Origin: Callorhinchus milii
Taxonomy: Eukaryota
Assembly (NCBI RefSeq): GCF_018977255.1
Contig: NW_024704743.1
Coordinates: 65,598,001 to 65,662,000, forward strand
Reading direction: 5' to 3'
DNA length: 64,000 nucleotides
Below, piece by piece: positions 25,283-37,999 of the stretch. How positions within the stretch are numbered: position 1 is the stretch's first letter; every line of letters starts with the position of its first letter. The notes under the pieces were generated by a model. It worked only from the letters and a program-made list of their open reading frames with translations. It was not told the origin of the DNA and did not search any database. A program made the translations under genes and the position numbers.

Positions 25283-27149
25283 ATAGTCTTTATTATTATC
25301 TAACTTGTGGCCTGTTGGCACAGGTCACTGGTTTAGTGCGTTCATGTGACAGCCTAAACTGAGCTCCCTAAGCAAGGAGAAAGGGGAGATTTTCAACACT
25401 CTGACACCAGCCCTGCTCGCTGCATAGTAAATGGACTGAAGTGTAAACTGTCTGCTGGAATTTTGATTTTCATTCCAGTCTTGAGCTGCTTTTAGCGTGA
25501 CTTGTAAGGACTTTGGTTTGTACAACAAAGATTGCTGACAGGTACTGTTAATGTGTCCTGACTATGACTCTGAATGTGACATGTTGGAGCACGTGTTACA
25601 TGCCATTGCTTATCCACAATGCCAGTTGAAAGCCCAGATCCAGTTGCACCAGGTAAGAATGGCTCAGATCCTGGATTAAAAGGATTAAAATATTAAGTGT
25701 ACCCTACCCTAGCTTCCACGGCTAGTTCTAACAGTGTGCAAGCATTGAATAACCTCAATCAAGATGTTGCAATATTTCTGATCAATAAATTGCCGTGATG
25801 CAATTGAATCTAAAACGTGTCCGTGCATTTGTCATACTGCTAACCACCTGTGAGTATTTCTCAGGTACAAATGCAAATAAATTAGTGTAACTCTTAATGT
25901 GGCTTGCATACTTGCATGCATTTTAATAGTGCAGCTTGAAAAGGGGGTTTTGTATTGCAGCAGGAAACGGTTAAATACCCTCCATTTAGACGAGTGGGTT
26001 CTGGAATAAAAAAAGTTTGTACTAAGATCATAGGTTACACAGTTGGACCATTTGGGAAATTTGAGAATCTTTGAAATTGTAGCAAGTTTTCCTAAAGGAA
26101 ATGGGGTATTATTTAAATGACTATAAGAACACATTGTCATGGTGTCTGAATAAACAGACACAGCACAGTGGCTTATTTATTCCAGTGAAAGTCTTTAGTC
26201 TGGTAGTGATCAATGACTTGCAGTAGGACAGTAACCAGGTACATAGCAGACTCAGTCTCTGGAATTATGTGTTATGGGTTGGGTCATGTTATTTCTGCCA
26301 ATAAACAAAATCTCTAGCTTGAGACAGTGCATTCAATTATCTTAGCTCTAATTAAACCGACAAATTGGAATGAAAGGGCTTTTTTAAAACATACTTTACT
26401 GTGGTTCACTGATTATTTCTTTGTGTGTTTAGATGTATGAAGGTGAAGGTGAAAGAGCAGAGGAATGAGATTAAAGTGGATCGCACTAATGGCCTCTTTC
26501 TGTACTATAAATTTTCCAAGATTCTATGTATGAATTTAGGAATTTCCAATCTGGGATTTGTGCCCCAAATTCCTATTTAACATTCCTATTCTTTTACATT
26601 TTAAATACAAATAATGCCCCAGTTTACCTGTGGGATTGATGGCTGCTGTCACATGCATCCATATGAACCACATATACTAAACCCTTGCCTTACTGGACTC
26701 CGGGTAGCTCAGATTTGGGTATCTAGCCGGACAGGTCCCGGAATCATAACATTTTTTAAAAATCATGCACTTGTACACGTAAACTCTTGATGGCCACACT
26801 TTCCTAGCAATGAACACCATCCTTGCTGGCCTTCGACTGATTCAGTTTGAATCCTGTGATCAGAAGTTGGTTTAATCGTTATCTTCTGCTTGCGGGATTC
26901 AAATTATTACAATGCCTGTACTGGCATTTTTACGCATTGAATAAAACTGATGCTGAAAAATGCCAGTATTGATATTATAATTACACTTAGCTGGAAATTC
27001 TGGCTTGCCAGAATGGAATTCCCCACATTGGTCGGCCCGGCCAGGGTTTCTATCAATGGGAGATGTGACACGGAGAGGATATGTCATAGTCTGCACCATA
27101 GTCAATGTTACATAAAAGAAGTCAAGAGACAAGAGGTCGGGTCCAAAGG

Positions 27150-27398
27150 GGGCAGCATCTCTGCCCTCACACTCTGGAACTTTATCCTGCAATCCCTTTG
27201 CTTCACCCCCTCTCTTGCCTCCTTCAAGTCCTGTCTAAAGACCTTTGTCTTTGATTGTGCCTTCGGCCATCCTCCCCCACCCTCCACCCCGCCTGACCCC
27301 AACTCCCAGCTCGGGTCCAAAAACCCTTGATTGTCTAGTGCCGTAGGACATCTTTCCGGTGTGAAGGGCGCTATACAAGTGTAATTTGTTGTTGTTGT
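27150..27398 (+). mobile_element. L2 3' fragment
   Basis: TLWNFILQSLCFTPSLASFKSCLKTFVF; gtgaagggcgctatacaagtgtaat(ttg)n. Confidence 0.8.
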
Positions 27399-28789
27399 TT
27401 CAGTGTAAATTCATTGTAAATAAATGATGTACATAAGTGTTTGAATCTAGTTTGAAATGTAGAATAAATAGCTCAGCTATGTTACAGCCATTACAGCACA
27501 AGAGTTTAGTAGTTTGACATTTGGAGACTTTAGCTGAAAAACAGGGAGGAACCTATTATCAGATAAGCAATTGGGAAATTCATCCTTTGCTTTGCAAGAG
27601 CTCAGCGACTGTGTCCCTGGCCTCTTGTCTCTTGATTTATTTTATGTAATATTAACTAGTATGCAGACTGTGATATACCCTCTCCAGTGCCACAGCTCCT
27701 CTTGATAATTGAATTAAACTTTAATATATTGCAATGAGTAGCCTCCTGTAGGACATACAATACAATGAATATTAGCACAACCAAGCAAACTTTCACTTTG
27801 ATATCTTTTGTGGCATTATGCTTTGTAGAAATTCAATTTAATGTTCTAGGTTGGTGGATATTTCTCAGTGTTATAAAGTATACTTTTATTTCCTATTATT
27901 TACTCTAAGGATCTTATTGAGTTGTGTTTCAATTAATTTATGGTTTTTGATGCATGTAGGTAAAAATTCCCAAAACGTCTTTGGGAATGTTTGGGTGTAC
28001 AGAATAATGGTCAACCCACATTCTTACAGATGATGGGTTGTGGCAATCATTGCTGTACATGAAAATTGCTGGGGATTATGGAGTTACATGTTGAGTTTTG
28101 TTATTGAGTCACAGAACCAATAGAGTCTTCCAAATACTGCTTTCTAAAATTGTACTGGATCCAACCCATTGTAATTCTAGCTTCTGATGCTGTGCACAGT
28201 AGTTTATTATCTTCTGTTCTGATGCCAAAGCATGCCTTAGCACTTAGTGGTTGTCACATGATGGTGATTCAAAATAGTATGACTTTCTGAGCAGATGGTA
28301 CTTGTTGTACCTCATTGCAGACTTGGTTGCTTGTTTACTGAACACTGTTGGCCTGAACTGCAGTGGCTGTGAAAGCTCCCTCTGCCCACATTGCATAGAG
28401 GCTTCTTGTTTCAAATGCCTCCAAAACCCCTGTTTCAATTTCTTTCACTTCTGTGGATGCAGCCGTTTAAATTGATGGCATTACCTCTTGCATTTCAAAA
28501 GAATATTATTTAATTAATCACATAGCCATGTCTTAGATACAAAATGCATTGGATTTACTATTTTTCTTTTCCCTTTAGAAGTTTGGCTAAATTTAATTTC
28601 ATGACTTGTGTGTCTCCATTCTATTCAAAACCAGTTCAGCACATAATTTAGACTAGCTGTGCTTTTCAGAATTATCCTTGTGCTCCTCAGAATCTTCTTC
28701 AAGGCTTCAAGGTAAGCTTGAAGTTAGGGTAACCAAACCTGCAAATGACAGTTCAGATGTGGCCTCACCAGTGATCAGATCAGTACACG

Positions 28790-29430
28790 GTTAGAATAGA
28801 GAATTTTACACAGAGGTGATTTGCATATGCTGAGAACTCATGGTTAAAGTAGAAAGCATCAATGCATTTAAGAGGAACCTTGGTGCAACAACAATGGCAG
28901 CTTACATTTATATAGCACCCTTCACACGGGTAGAGTCTTAGAGCGCTTATCAGCGGTGTGGTGGGGCTGCGGGTGACTGAAGCACAATCGGAGATGCATA
29001 TATAAAAGGGAATCGTGGGGTATGGGGAGAGGCTCGGAACAGGGAATTAGGATGCCGCTGCCATGAACAAGTTGGACCAAATGGTCTGTTTGGGAGCTGT
29101 AGATTCTATGAAAGAATAGGATATTTTAACTTACAGTTAAATGCACTTGAAATGCAAGTTCTTGGAGGGAAGAGGTTGGAAGAGGGAAGGTTAGGAAAAA
29201 TATTTTCGCACACAGTAGTTTGGATATGAAATGCCCTACCAAGAGAGGTTGTCGAAGCAGAATCCATATTGGCCTTTGAGAGGGAATTAGACAGATACCT
29301 TAAAAATAGTCAGCTAGAGGGGTACGAGGAAAGGGCAGGTAAGGTACAGAAAGGATTTCTCTTGAGGGAGCCAACACAGACACAATGAGCCAAATGGTCT
29401 TCTTCTGTGCTGTAAATTTCTGTGGTTCTT
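28790..29430 (+). mobile_element. Two decayed CR1 3' ends with an inserted reverse L2 tail (28888-28990)
   Basis: ggtctgtttgggagctgtagattctatg and ggtcttcttctgtgctgtaaatttctgtgg CR1 termini. Confidence 0.65.
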
Positions 29431-30861
29431 AGTTTGTCTAACAACAGCTTTATATTGATGGTAAAGGTTCAGCAAATGATCAAATTCAAAACCTTTTTCT
29501 TCTGGACCTCTGCAGAATGGGTATTATTTTGTTCTGCTTTGTAAAATGTCAGTGCTTTGAGTTTCTTCAAAACAATGTAATATGCTGGACTGAGTTCTTC
29601 CTGGGTTAAAGCCCAAGCAAATAAATCTAGAATTTTACCAGTTTGATAGCCTATGTTAAAGATGTTCTAGGAATTTTCCTTTACAAAGTGAGGAACTGGT
29701 TCATTCTTCAGATGATCAACCAGCGAGCCTAAACTGGAGGACTAACCAGAGATGCCTATACTAGAATTACAATCTGTTCAATGAGTTTCCTTGTGCCAAA
29801 TGTTAAATATCTTAAGATATCTCGTTGTACCTCCCATGGGAGCTTTTGTATTTGCTTCACTAAAATCTTTGCCACTCTATGTCAATTCTAATATCCTTGA
29901 GGCTGACCATTCGGACCTCACAACTCAATTTCAGTGGGACTGAAGATTTTTTTTTGAGGCCACAACCTTCATGGATTATGGTGGAATTGTCACTTTTTAA
30001 CTGAAGTAATGATTGAGTTTTGAGCTGAATTCTTTCCAATCTCTTGGCAGGTGCAAACACTTGGCGTGGTCTTTATGAAATGTTTTTCCTGCGCGCAGTG
30101 TTTATGCGTGAGTGCTCGTGTGTCAACCCCCAAATCTTGATTTGATTTACTTTCATGTTTAGATTTTCCTTCAGTTTGGTATGTGTGTATCTGCTTGCCT
30201 GAGGCTAATTCTTCACTTTATGCTACTCACTCCATTTATGCAATCCCAGTGTAAGCAACGTCCCACAGAGTGTTTTGATGTTTATAAATTGAGTTGGAGA
30301 CCCATTTTTGTTATGCTGCATATATCATTACAATGGTGTAGTTGTTACTGCTTTAGTGTATATGGCATTGCTTGATTTTTATTCACATACTGTGTGGAAG
30401 TGCCTTGTTTTAGGTACCTCTCCAGAGTAAGATGACCGAGATTGGGAACTCAGTGTACAGGGTTCATGTTTGCAAGCCTCCTCCCAATGCACCGTATCAC
30501 TGTTAAGCAAGGGCACCTTTTTAGAATTTAATAATGCTCTACAGTACATTATACTTGTGTTTTATAAGATGAGGAATACCCTGGTAACTTGGTGCAAACA
30601 GTAACACCAGGCCCAAGATTCCACCTAGTCTTAGCCTGAAAGTTTATGTGTTAAAGTTAGATCACACAGATATGTGGTAAATACTTAAATTCAGTCTTAA
30701 TTTGGAAGCTGATTATTTTTAAGAACTGTGGAATTCCAAAAAGTTCTTATAGGTTAAAATTATCTCACTACCTGTCATACTGCATGCCTTGTTATAGTCA
30801 CACTCAAACATATTATCAGCAGAGATGCAAATGCAGGTAGATTGAGTTATCACACTTTCGT

Positions 30862-31234
30862 TAATAAAAATAATGTTTGCATTTGATATAGCACCTTAAA
30901 TGTTGTTGAGACAATTCCAAGCACTTCCCAGAATGTACTGTAAAGTGAATTGAACACTCTTTTGTGGGCGAAACACAGCCTCCAATTGTGCACAATAGTG
31001 TCCCACAAACAGTTGTGGATTGAGTGAGCACATTTTTTATTTATTTTTTGGGAGGGATTATTATCCCCGAAAAGCAATTTGCCAATCGACTAACAACCAT
31101 GTTCCTAGTTACTGCTGGATAAACAGAGGGGTGTGGAATAAAGAAACTTGCCTAAGGTTTTGCCCCATCTGGGAATTAACCCTGTGTTATCTTGTTTGCG
31201 AGGCGAGTGCGCTAATCACTACGCTACGAGCCTC
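30862..31234 (-). mobile_element. tRNA-derived SINE, long subfamily
   Basis: Same head and tail as the young SINE plus an internal segment (reverse of ctctgtttatccagcagtaactaggaac). Confidence 0.8.
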
Positions 31235-34200
31235 AATCCTTTCACCTCTGCCCCTGCTTTTAAATTACTACTAATAATAATATCAAATGCAAGGATTATT
31301 ATTATAGCTCCTTATTGTGTTGTCGAGACGTATCAAAGCGTTTCACAGGATATACTGTAAAGTGTTGTGAATATATTTTATGGGTGAACATAACACCCAA
31401 TTCATGCATACCAATGTCCCACAAGCAGCCATGGGGTGAGTGAAATTTGAGAGAGTATTGGTGGATAAGCTCCCATCAACTGCACTACACTTTTAAAATT
31501 TTGGATAAAGCAGATTGGATGATTTTGGTGGATGGCTAAAGATCCATTATTCCTGTAGAGTGTAGCATGCTGAAAAGGAACACATTAAGGTTTAAACAAC
31601 TTTTACTGGGCTCAGAATTGCACATGGTGTGAATACACAGTATTGATCAAATAATAAGATTACTCCTTGCAATTGATATAATACCTTATTGTGTCGCTCT
31701 GAGGTCACAAAGCGCTTTGTCACAGAATTTTTAACTGTAGTTACAGTATAGTTCGTTTTAACTGTAGTTACTGTGTGTTTTTAGACAAATGGACCGAGGT
31801 TTCAAATGTGGCAATGAAAGGGCTGCTGAAATGTTCCAGTAAAATCCCCAGACTTTTTCCAGTCGCTAATATGTCGACGCTGCCTTAGATCAGAGAAAAT
31901 CGCATTCCGTCTGCTCCCTTGTTTCCTGAGTGACTGCAGAGTGAATGTTTCAGTGTAGGTGTGATAAGGAGGAGGTTCTTTATCACCATACCTGTCCCGA
32001 CGAGACTAGTCTTTAAAGAAGCAAAATATTATTGTGATAAATAGCAAAGAAAGAATAGGGGGGGTGGTTGGAATCAATATGGGTAAAAGTGCGAATGAAT
32101 TTTGCTTGTGATGTAAAACTAGATCAAGATTCCCTGCTTCATAAATTAACTGATCAGATGAAAGGTAGCATATTTAGGGATATCTCAGATCATTGGTACA
32201 ATGAATCACTTGGTCCATTGCACACTAGGCACACAGCAACACAAATGGGAGATTGGATAGGCCTGTCAACACCATAGAATCACAGAAAGAAGGCTGTAGC
32301 TTGGAGAACATTTGGTTCATCATGACTATACTATACCATAAGACTTTTTCTTTCTCCCCCCACATTTCCAATTCTAGGCAACTTGGGCAACTAGCCTTTT
32401 GAAGAGAAAATGCATTACCTCCTCCCATTATGTTATCAGACCTCCATTTAGTGTCCCCTCTACAAAATGACAAGACATCTGAGCGAGATGGCCAGTTAGG
32501 ATGATAGGCAGTACAGGTTGACTCCTTTGTTGTGAGTTTAGAATAAGGTTTATTGTGGTATTGGTGCACACCCATGTCCCTATGTTGAATGCCAGTGTGT
32601 GTGCTGAAATACATCATGCTCTATTGGGCTGTGCATGTCAAGTTAACCTTAACATTAACAATGTACTATACCTTTAGTGGAAAGTAAGTGATGGTCTTTT
32701 TGATCTACCCCACCCCACAGTTTTAAAAGTTAGTGCTTCAGGTCACAACAACTATTTAGATACTGAATAAAATATAGTTGGAGCCTAATGTTTACTTGAT
32801 GTTTATCTCGTGCATGCATTATTATTGCTTAAATGTTCAATCACATCAGCTCACTCCATTAAAAATATTGTAACCTGATAAAGCAATCTTGAGAATTCAC
32901 GTGATTCAGTTTATGTGTAATGCTGCAGCCCAGTTAGATAAGTGGGAGTTGGTTGGACCATTTCTAAATAACCGGAGGGGGAAATAAATAAGAGGGATCT
33001 GATAGAATTTCTCAAATATATGGAAGGGATTGAGAAGGTAAATCGCAAAAGATTATTCTTGCTGGTTGATCAGAGGATTTGGCTAGCTTCAGGTCAGATC
33101 ATGTGACAAAGTTGAGAGAGTGTTAACACCCATGCCAGTCCATAATTAAAGCCTATTTTCAACCCCAATTTGCAGGGATATGATACCCATCAGATGACAC
33201 ATCATTACATTTTCACCCCTACATCTCTAATGTACTGAAAGCTGCATGCTCACCACATAGTGATGTGCTGAGATTTCAGATGTAGTGTTGGATGGCTGAT
33301 TAAGACATTTCAGTGATCTTTACATCTATGTGTGTAGTAATCTTGACGTTTTAGCTCAATGAAAACTCACTGTGCTGTTATACCATTGAAAATTAAATCT
33401 TTCAAAGCACCTTTAGGTATCACTGAAGTTTATGCTACATTATAGAACGACAGAAATGCACAAATTCTACACCCTGAAGTATTCAAAATACTAAGTAGAG
33501 GTCAGGCATTTTGCTACAGGAAGGGCAGGACTGGGTGGTCTGGGTTTAGCTGGCGTGCCCTTGCACTGTGTCTTGTTAGTGAAGAGAATAACAGAGGAGT
33601 GGGATCACAATGTGACCATTCACCCTTTCTGTACTTTGGAGACCTGGAGAAAGAGAGAATGTAAAATAACAGCATAAAAAGTACACAAAATTGGTGCAAT
33701 CTTCGTCTCCTGGCAGATTATAATAACAATAATCCCTGCATTTGATATTGCACCTTATCACGTCATTGAGACCTCTCAAAGTGCTTCACAGAATATACTG
33801 TAAAGTGGATTTTGTAAAGATGTGCTCTGATGTCCCTTTGGTGGCATCAGTGGAGCACAGGGTTTACATGCAATGCTCTCCCATACTTGGTGAAGGAGAT
33901 GACCTTCATGATACCTTGCGGGGTGTGTATGAGAGGGGGTGATTACTCTTTCTTCCCTCCTGGATGTCATTTCCTCAAACTGCAATGAACAGAGTTCTTA
34001 AGCACTTTGACCCTGAGTGTGTGCCTGGTAACTTTATTCGTCTAGATGCTCCACTTGTCTCAGGCTGCCAACTCACAGCCCCTTTTTGTTTTGATGCTCA
34101 AAAACATTGCAGGGTTTGACTGATGACAGGTCAAGCATTGTATTGAATGACGAAAAGATGGCTTTTAAGGCATTTTTTTTAGTCAGGTAAAAAAAATGTT

Positions 34201-35292
34201 TTTGCTGGAGTCGGTTGAACATAATTATTGTTAAGTGATTAAGAAAAGAATACATAGAATAGTAGATTTGGTAAACCAAAGGAAAGTTTTTAAAAAGTAT
34301 TTGTAAAGGTAGAAGAGAGAAGAAAAAAGAAAATTACAGTTTATTAAATGAAATTAACTTTAATGTAAGCCAGGAGATTTTTCTGATGGCTCTGTAAATA
34401 AGGTACTGACTCCTGTTGAGCAAAATGATTCAAAGTTTGTGCTGAGTTACTTGATTTCAGTCAGAGACACAGTTTGCAGCATTAAAAATGTGCTGATTGC
34501 TGTCCATTGCTGGAAAAAGTGCTTGGATACATTCCAATGAAGACTGGGATCAACTGGCTTTGATACACATACGGTTGGATAACCAGCTAAAGCTAATTCA
34601 GTGGTCCTGCATATGGAGAATAACCACTTGGCTAGAAACCTGGCACAAGCCAAGATCTTTGTGAGAAGTTAGCAGAAAATTGGATGAGGGGAATTTCCTG
34701 GGTTAGGTGAATACTGATGAAAACAACAGTTTGTCATATCTTGATAACTTGGGGTGAACAAGGTAATTTGTGTTTCAAGAAATTCCACACAACAGTCTGC
34801 AATCACGTAGTGCCTGTCACACTGTAGGATTATATTTCTAAGCACTTTTTGAAGACACTGTGAATTGCTAGGCACAGTGGGAGGGTGGAGTCTGAGGATG
34901 TTGACCAAAGCATAATAAGTGGGATGTTTGTAAGAGAGTTTTTGAAGGCCAGAACAGAAGGCACAAAGCAAATGGATTTTGGCAGAAAGTTCCAAAAACA
35001 GTGGCAAGGGTTTGAAGCCTCAGCCACAACTTGTGACTAGATTAATTAAGATGTCACCAGAATTCTAGTTAATTTAGTTTCATTGGGCAGAAGACAGACA
35101 TGGCACTTTCTTCCTGAGAGGAAAGGAATTCACTTCCGGTGCCTACATATCCTCTTGGCAAACTGCTGACATTTAAGGAAAATGTACATTGCCATTGTGA
35201 TGCTAAAGAGTCAGCAGATTCTTGGGAAAAAGTGAAGAAAGGTTTAGGAAATATTCAAGGTCTGATAAACAGTGCATGCTGACAATTTTGAT

Positions 35293-35344
35293 CAAAGTAC
35301 TCTGACCTACATTGTGAACAAAGTATTCTGACCTACACTGTGAA
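35293..35344. repeat. 26-bp tandem duplication
   Basis: caaagtactctgacctacattgtgaa / caaagtattctgacctacactgtgaa. Confidence 0.85.
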
Positions 35345-35434
35345 TGTACAAAGAGGAGCTCGAGAAGGCGAGCTGTGGGAAACGTGCTACCATTGTGCCA
35401 TCTGTTTTGCAGATATTTGTTGTGAGGGAGAGCA

Positions 35435-35471
35435 AGGTCAATGACCTAATGTGAACTTCTACTGTTGACCT
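35435..35471. promoter_or_regulatory. Composite nuclear-receptor response element (perfect IR1 plus DR4)
   Basis: AGGTCA-a-TGACCT-aatg-TGAACT-8nt-TGACCT. Confidence 0.5.
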
Positions 35472-35749
35472 CTTTTGTTTGCCTCTCTAGTGCCTGGGTC
35501 CAAATTGGTCCGTGTCAAAGCTTCAAGAGTAGCCTCAAGTGCACAAACGGCGGCTCATCTACAAAAACGTTATCTACAGGGCAAAGTAGTCCTCTGGGTC
35601 CAATAATTCAGAGGCCGCTTTATAATTTAAAAAAATGTCCGAACATATGACCGTCTTCCAGGTTGACAGGTCAATGCTGACATCACTTCCTGTATGTTGC
35701 ATGCTTTGGCAGAGAAACATTGCTGGTGTCATTTGCTTTGCTATGAAGT

Positions 35750-35995
35750 CCAGAACTCCTCCGCCCACATTCTTATCAAACTCCGCTCCCCGATTACCCC
35801 AGTCCTTGCAAGACTGCACTGGCTGCCTGTCCCAGAGAGGATCGACTTCAAGATCCTCACTCTTGTTTTCAAATCGTCCTGCAGCACATAACAATAATCC
35901 TTGCATTTGATATAGCGCCTTATCACATCTTCGAGGCGTAGCAAAGCGCTTCACAGAATATACTGTAAAGCAAATTGCCCGTATATTTTGTGGGC
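35750..35995. mobile_element. L2 fragment (+, 35750-35880) abutting a reverse SINE tail (35888-35995)
   Basis: RSPITPVLARLHWLPVPERIDFKILTLVFKS followed by aataatccttgcatttgatatagcgcc. Confidence 0.8.
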
Positions 35996-36300
35996 ATCGC
36001 ATGCAACCCACACGAAATTAGGTCATGACAACCTGACAACCCAGAAATTGGCAACCTTTAGCACGGGAAGCCGGCTGGCCAGAAGCCAAGTGTACCATAC
36101 CTCTAGTTAACCAGGATCCATAGGGACACAGCATTATTACTGAAGCCGCACTACACACGGTGGTTGGGGGAATGCATTATAACCAGGTTACCCAGTATAC
36201 CAGGGTTGCAACTTCATTACAAAGCATCTGCCCCCTCATGGCCCAAAAGCATGACAGGATAAGTGGATTTACATCAAACACAAAATGTGACCATAGTGTA

Positions 36301-36720
36301 TAACAGAAACATTTAATTTATATTGTGCCCTTCACAACGGATCTGTTGTGAAGGGCACAATATAAATGAAAACAAAACTGCTCACAATGATGGGGTGGAG
36401 ACGCCAAGCAAGTGAGAAGGGGGAATTGGGAGATGACCATAGGTGCGGACGAAGAGAGGTTTTTATGTGGGATTTAAAAGATGAATGGAGAGGGGTTGGT
36501 ATGGAGGGATGCAGGCAGACAGAGTGTTCCAGAAGTTAGCAATGTAGTAGCTGAAGATTTGGTGGAGCAGAGGTAGTGGTGGACATGCAGTTAGCCTGAG
36601 TTGACAGAGCAGAGAGGTGGAGCAGAAGAGTGGGAGGTAGGAGAAGGTCACAGAGATGGGGAGGTACTGGGAGGAATAAAGGAATTTATTGGTGAGGGTG
36701 AGCTTCTTGAAGTCAATTTG
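36301..36720 (-). mobile_element. Decayed L2 3' fragment whose tail is folded back into a palindrome
   Basis: Reverse L2 tail aacagaaacatttaatttatattgtgcccttcaca; downstream agagtgttccagaag and gtgagcttcttgaagtc. Confidence 0.6.
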
Positions 36721-37999
36721 TTGTGAAATGTGGAGCCTGGCAAGGAGTTTTATTTTCCAATTAACATAACATTTATTTTAATTTGCAGACACACTGTTTC
36801 TACCTGTTTTGCATTGAATATCAATGCCATTTACATCTGTTGCATTCTTCTTTTGAAAACCCACTGGAGCTTTTATGAACTGTGCCAGTACCCATATTTC
36901 ACAACCACCTGTTGTATCTTACAGCATTATGTCTGTAGCAGTTTACTGACTACGTTTTACAGAATTAGTGGCGACGATGGACATATTCAGTATAATAGGA
37001 CAATTAAACCCAGACTGAGAATATGTTGTTTGCGTATGTCCTTGAATAACTCTCACTGAAGTGGATTCTGACACTAGTCTAGTGCAGTACTCTGCCGTTT
37101 AATGTAGATCTTTGATTATGTTGCTTCAGTTAGGTCCTGCCTTCATTTACTGCAATAATTTCAGTACTGCTTTTTGTTTGTGTTACAGTTGCTAAAGTCC
37201 CAGGATTGGCTGTTTTTCCTTCACTTGAGTGCTAAATAAATGGCTGATTTGAAACCCTTGACTTACTTCTTCATTTGCAACATTTTAATTATCCAGAAGT
37301 AGACACAAGACCAAACCCCCAAGTAGGATTGAACCTCTGGTCTGGAGAGAGAGAGAAGTAAAACTCTTTATAGATGCGAATTGCACTCTTTTCACCTTTT
37401 CTGACTACTAGAATTTTATTTCTGTGTGTACAAAAAATTGCCTCAGAACATTAGGAGCTTTTCCAAATCTAAACAGCAACTCTGGACAAATGCCACCATG
37501 ATGAAGTTAAGTCAGCCGAAAAGAGAGCTGGTTGCAATGACTTATTTATTTTCCAGTAACAGTGGCTATTAAATCTTTCTGCTCATCAGTGGATTCACAG
37601 AACAGTGAATTTTCCAAGTATAGGCTATGTTTATTAACCAAATTAACTCTACATTTAGAGGTAACATTTTATTCAATGTGAAAAGGGCCATTTTACTGAC
37701 AGAAGTTTACTGTCACTCAACCAACAGGGTGCCAGCTCTTCACTTACTCTGTCTCTCTGATTCCCTGTCTCACTCTATACCTTTTTCTCTTGCCTCTGCC
37801 TCTCACTATCTGTGTCTCTCACTCTGCCTCTCTTTGTGCGTCTATAATACTATAAAAGTCCAATATAAGACCTACCTTTGAAAGATGGACTTCCTTCCAC
37901 ACTGTCAGGAAAATTCCTGTTGCACAGTTGCCAGGTTGCTAAAAGCAGCTCAGAGCGACCGTATCGCCTTTGTAACAGTGTGCAATAACTCACCTTTGC

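Noticed and set aside
30413..30510. Exon after the ccttgttttag acceptor
   Set aside because: Stop codon (TAA) after five codons in the required phase and no frame-preserving donor
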